This document shows, piece after piece, positions 44,288 through 47,917 of a stretch of 47,917 bases of DNA. The notes under the pieces are model-generated. The model was given only the letters and a program-made list of their open reading frames with translations. It was not told the DNA's origin and made no database searches. Source of the DNA: Candidatus Thorarchaeota archaeon (GTDB lineage: Archaea > Asgardarchaeota > Thorarchaeia > Thorarchaeales > Thorarchaeaceae); the NCBI GenBank assembly GCA_016839445.1, contig JAEOUG010000037.1:1-47917 (forward strand). Direction: 5' to 3'. Position 1 is the stretch's first letter; each line of letters opens with the position of its first letter. The position numbers and the translations under genes were made by a program.

Positions 44288-46315
44288 ATGACAGGTAGCA
44301 CTCCGCACTCAGCTGAACCCCGGCTCTCTGATACTCTTCCTCCTCCCCCCTCGTTTGACCCCAAGTATCGAAGAGCACCTAACCGTGGCTTCTCCCTGTC
44401 CAGAGATGAAACTGTCACGGCCATCAAGAACGCACTTCGCTACGTTCCAGAGAAGCTACACGAGACTCTGGCGCCCGAGTTTCTTGATGAGCTCATGACT
44501 CGAGGCCGAATCTACGCCTACCGATATCGTCCACGGGGGGCCATAAGGGCAAGACCAGTGGATGAATACAAGGGTATTCTCGAGGCCCGAGCAATCCAGC
44601 TGATGATAGACAACAACCTGGACTTCGACGTGGCACTGTACCCCTACGAGCTTGTTACGTATGGAGAAAGCGGACAGGTGTTTCAGAACTGGCTCCAATT
44701 CCTGCTCACGAAGAAGTACCTTGAGACAATGACAGAGGAGCAGACGCTTGTCGTGAGCTCCGGACATCCTCTTGGGTTGTTTCCGTCACATCGAAACGCT
44801 CCGCGTGTGATCTCAACCAACGCTCTGATGGTGGGCATGTTCGATACTCCTGATGGGTTCCATAGAGCAGCAGCACTTGGAGTCGCAAATTACGGGCAGA
44901 TGACGGCAGGAGGTTGGATGTATATTGGGCCTCAGGGCATTGTTCACGGAACCTACATCACTCTGCTCAACGCAGGTCGTCTCTACCTTGGCATACCGCC
45001 CACCGAGGACTTGAAAGGGCATGTGTTCCTCACGTCGGGGTTGGGTGGCATGAGTGGTGCTCAGGCTAAGGCGATTGAGATTGCTGGGGGTGTAGGTATC
45101 ATTGCTGAGGTTGACCGAAGCAGGATTGAAACGCGGAGCGACCAGGGATGGCTGAGCCTTCAATCAGACAACATCGACGAAGTCTTCGGCTGGGCCGACG
45201 AATACGCGGAGAAGGGTGAGGCTGTGTCGATTGGATATCATGGCAACATAGTGGACCTTTGGGAGCATTTGGTGAAGGAAGAGATCGAGTTGGAACTTGC
45301 CTCTGATCAGACCTCCTGCCACGATGTCTATGGAGGTGGATACACTCCCCAAGGAGTGAGCTTCGAAGAGGGTAGAGAGCTACTTCGCAGTGATCGCGAG
45401 GAGTTCAAGGTCCAAGTTGACAAGTCCCTGCGGCGGCAGTTCGAGTTCATTCAGACGATGACTCAGCGGGGAACTCACTTCTGGGATTATGGCAACTCGT
45501 TCATGAAGGCAGTATTTGATGCGGGCGACAGAAGAATTGCCAAGAACGGAGTGGACACAAATGACGGGTTCATCTTCCCCTCATATGTCGAGGACATAAT
45601 GGGTCCGTTGTGCTTCGATTATGGGTACGGTCCCTTCAGGTGGGTATGTCTATCCGGAAAGCCAGAAGACCTAGCGGCTACTGATGCATCTGCTATGGCA
45701 TGCATCAATCCGGACCGGAGAGGTCAAGATCGTGACAACTACATATGGATTCGTGACGCACAGAAGAACCAACTCGTTGTGGGCTCCCAGGCAAGGATTC
45801 TGTATGCTGACGCTGAAGGGCGAGCGAAGATTGCCCTGGAGTTCAATAGGATGATTCGAGAGAGGAGTATCGGCCCCGTGATGCTGGGTCGGGACCACCA
45901 TGATACCGGTGGTACGGATTCTCCCTTCCGAGAAACTGCCAATATCCGGGACGGCAGCAATGTGATGAGCGACATGGCTCACCAGTGCTGGGCTGGGAAT
46001 GCTTCTCGGGGGATGACTATGTGTGTACTGTCAAATGGAGGGGGCGTGGGAACTGGAAAGGCCATCAATGGAGGCTTTGGTCTAGTCTTGGACGGAAGCG
46101 CGAGAATTGATGCCATTATCGCATCTGCTATCGATTGGGATGTCATAGGCGGTGTTGCTCGAAGGTCTTGGGCTCGTAACGAGAATGCCATTGAAACGGC
46201 CCTGCAGTGGAACGATCGAATGGAAGGAAGAGGTCACATCTCTGTGCCGAACTTGGCAGAAGAAGGGCTGGTCGAGGGTCTTGTTGAGGAGCGGCTAAAG
46301 GAGGAGAAGGCATGA
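44288..46315 (+). CDS. hutU: Urocanate hydratase, long (675 aa) form
   Basis: GQMTAGGWMYIGPQGIVHGT, GLGGMSGAQ, SDQTSCH, DYGNSF, GRDHHD..G.DSP.RET. Confidence 0.96.
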   Translation: MTGSTPHSAEPRLSDTLPPPPSFDPKYRRAPNRGFSLSRDETVTAIKNALRYVPEKLHETLAPEFLDELMTRGRIYAYRYRPRGAIRARPVDEYKGILEARAIQLMIDNNLDFDVALYPYELVTYGESGQVFQNWLQFLLTKKYLETMTEEQTLVVSSGHPLGLFPSHRNAPRVISTNALMVGMFDTPDGFHRAAALGVANYGQMTAGGWMYIGPQGIVHGTYITLLNAGRLYLGIPPTEDLKGHVFLTSGLGGMSGAQAKAIEIAGGVGIIAEVDRSRIETRSDQGWLSLQSDNIDEVFGWADEYAEKGEAVSIGYHGNIVDLWEHLVKEEIELELASDQTSCHDVYGGGYTPQGVSFEEGRELLRSDREEFKVQVDKSLRRQFEFIQTMTQRGTHFWDYGNSFMKAVFDAGDRRIAKNGVDTNDGFIFPSYVEDIMGPLCFDYGYGPFRWVCLSGKPEDLAATDASAMACINPDRRGQDRDNYIWIRDAQKNQLVVGSQARILYADAEGRAKIALEFNRMIRERSIGPVMLGRDHHDTGGTDSPFRETANIRDGSNVMSDMAHQCWAGNASRGMTMCVLSNGGGVGTGKAINGGFGLVLDGSARIDAIIASAIDWDVIGGVARRSWARNENAIETALQWNDRMEGRGHISVPNLAEEGLVEGLVEERLKEEKA

Positions 46316-47844
46316 GTCTGATAATCGACGGAGAGAGTCTAACAACAGAGGATCTAGTGAGGGTTGCCCGGCGAAACGCTGAGGTTACACTGGCTGACCA
46401 TGCCGCCCAGAGGATGCAGAGGAGTCGAGCCGTTGTTGAGGCCGCCCTCAAAGATGGCAAAGTAGTCTATGGAGTCAATACGGGATTCGGCGAGCTTGCG
46501 TCAGTCTCCGTGAGCAAGGAGGATTTGGCGCGGCTTCAGGTGAACCTCGTACGCAGTCATAGTGCAGGTGTTGGGGACCCCTTCCCTCTAGAGGTAGTGA
46601 GAGGGATGATGCTGCTCAGAGCCAATGCGCTAGCCAAGGGTTACTCAGGAGTGCGTGTTGAAGTAGTTCAGACCCTTCTCCACATGCTCAACAGAGGAGT
46701 CACTCCGGTCGTACCTCAGCAGGGATCTGTTGGCTCAAGTGGGGATTTGGCTCCGCTTGCACACATGGCTCTGGTGATGATTGGGGAGGGAACTGCGGTC
46801 TATCAGGGTGCAGTCCTGGAAGGCGGTCTCGCTATGAAGAAGGCCAAGATACATTCCTTGGTTCTTGAAGCAAAGGAGGGTGTGGCCATCATCAATGGAA
46901 CGCAAGCGATGACCGCTCTCGGTGCCTTGGTGGCGCATGATGCTCTAGGGCTTGTCCGTGACTCATGCGTGGCCGCCGCCATGAGCCTCGAGGCCCTCCG
47001 AGGAACAAGGACTGCCTTTGATGGGAGAATCCATGCCACGCGTCCACACGAGGGGCAACAGGATGTTGCTGAGGTCATGCTGTCAATCCTGGGAGACAGC
47101 GAAATCAACCAGTCTCATGCAGACTGTGGAAAGGTCCAAGACGCATACTCGCTGCGGTGCATACCCCAGGTGCTTGGTGCGTCGCTAGACACTATCCGCT
47201 ACGTCCAAAGTATAGTGGAGACCGAAATCAACTCCGCCACAGACAACCCACTGGTGTTTTCTGATGAAGGGGAGGTAGTATCCGGGGGTAACTTCCATGG
47301 GCAACCGATTGCATTGGCTATGGACTTCCTCTCAATAGCCCTCTCAGAGATGGCGAACATATCTGAACGAAGAGTCAATCGTCTTGTCAATCCTCATCTT
47401 AGTGGACTCCCTCCCTTCCTCACTACAGAGGGCGGCTTGGAGTCGGGATTGATGATTGCGCAGTACACTGCAGCGGCGCTTGTGTCTGAGAACAAGACTC
47501 TGTCTCACCCTGCCAGTGTAGACTCTATTCCTACCAGTGCCGACCAAGAGGATCACGTCAGCATGGGCACAATCGCCGCGCGGAAGTGCAGACAGGTATT
47601 GGAGAACTCCAAGCGGGTCATTGCTATCGAATATATGGCCGCGGCTCAAGGAGTTGACCTGCTAGCCCCACTCAAGGCCTCTAGGCCGCTGTTGGCAGCA
47701 CACCAGTGTCTCAGGAAGAAGGTCCACATGCTAGAGGACGACAGGCCACTCAGCCCGGACATATCTGCCATCGTGGAGTTGATGGAGTCTGGTGAGATAG
47801 TGAACGAAGTGCAATCTGTCACAGGTTCACTCCTAGAAGACTAG
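46312..47844 (+). CDS. hutH: Histidine ammonia-lyase
   Basis: YGVNTGFG, NLVRSH, GSVGSSGDLAPL, QDAYSLRC.PQ, GGNFHG, QEDHVSMG; overlaps the hutU stop. Confidence 0.95.
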   Translation: MSLIIDGESLTTEDLVRVARRNAEVTLADHAAQRMQRSRAVVEAALKDGKVVYGVNTGFGELASVSVSKEDLARLQVNLVRSHSAGVGDPFPLEVVRGMMLLRANALAKGYSGVRVEVVQTLLHMLNRGVTPVVPQQGSVGSSGDLAPLAHMALVMIGEGTAVYQGAVLEGGLAMKKAKIHSLVLEAKEGVAIINGTQAMTALGALVAHDALGLVRDSCVAAAMSLEALRGTRTAFDGRIHATRPHEGQQDVAEVMLSILGDSEINQSHADCGKVQDAYSLRCIPQVLGASLDTIRYVQSIVETEINSATDNPLVFSDEGEVVSGGNFHGQPIALAMDFLSIALSEMANISERRVNRLVNPHLSGLPPFLTTEGGLESGLMIAQYTAAALVSENKTLSHPASVDSIPTSADQEDHVSMGTIAARKCRQVLENSKRVIAIEYMAAAQGVDLLAPLKASRPLLAAHQCLRKKVHMLEDDRPLSPDISAIVELMESGEIVNEVQSVTGSLLED

Positions 47845-47917
47845 GGGCCCAGTCTGGAGTGTACAACCTCTCCATCTGCTATCACTGTGTGAACCAAGTT
47901 CGCCCCGAACCGCCAAG

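Noticed and set aside
1-47917. Many antisense or nested ORFs in the track (e.g. 1244-1900, 9975-10628, 19189-19917, 39666-40511)
   Set aside because: They shadow well-supported genes on the other strand or frame and show no recognisable motifs.

Overview
Gene-dense archaeal chromosomal region, probably from an Asgard archaeon (Thorarchaeota-like). The taxon is inferred from gene content and style and was not searched. In order, the window holds: a 2-oxoacid:ferredoxin oxidoreductase (korD-A...B-C) split by a 3-gene regulator/serine-hydrolase/SDR block; a membrane-tethered wHTH regulator with a surface protein; a heterodisulfide reductase cluster (two distinct hdrCB pairs, a radical SAM gene, a DUF2096-like gene and a 1033-aa HdrA made of two complementary halves); an ABC-2 exporter locus; a catabolic operon (2-hydroxyacid dehydrogenase, LsrK-like FGGY kinase, class II aldolase, AOR) lying between two SCP2 paralogues; the proteasome-exosome superoperon (psmA, SBDS, rrp4/41/42, rpl37ae, Brix, pcc1, pfdB, DUF3194-like, DHH) with acidic tails on several proteins; an ECF module; a class II photolyase; a WD40 protein; a tandemly duplicated wHTH + unknown-protein module whose two upstream regions share a CCGAA-N8-TTCG palindrome exactly 75 bp before TAGATAT; and hutU-hutH. 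I saw no rRNA, tRNA, CRISPR array or mobile element. All family calls come from motif recognition, not database searches.
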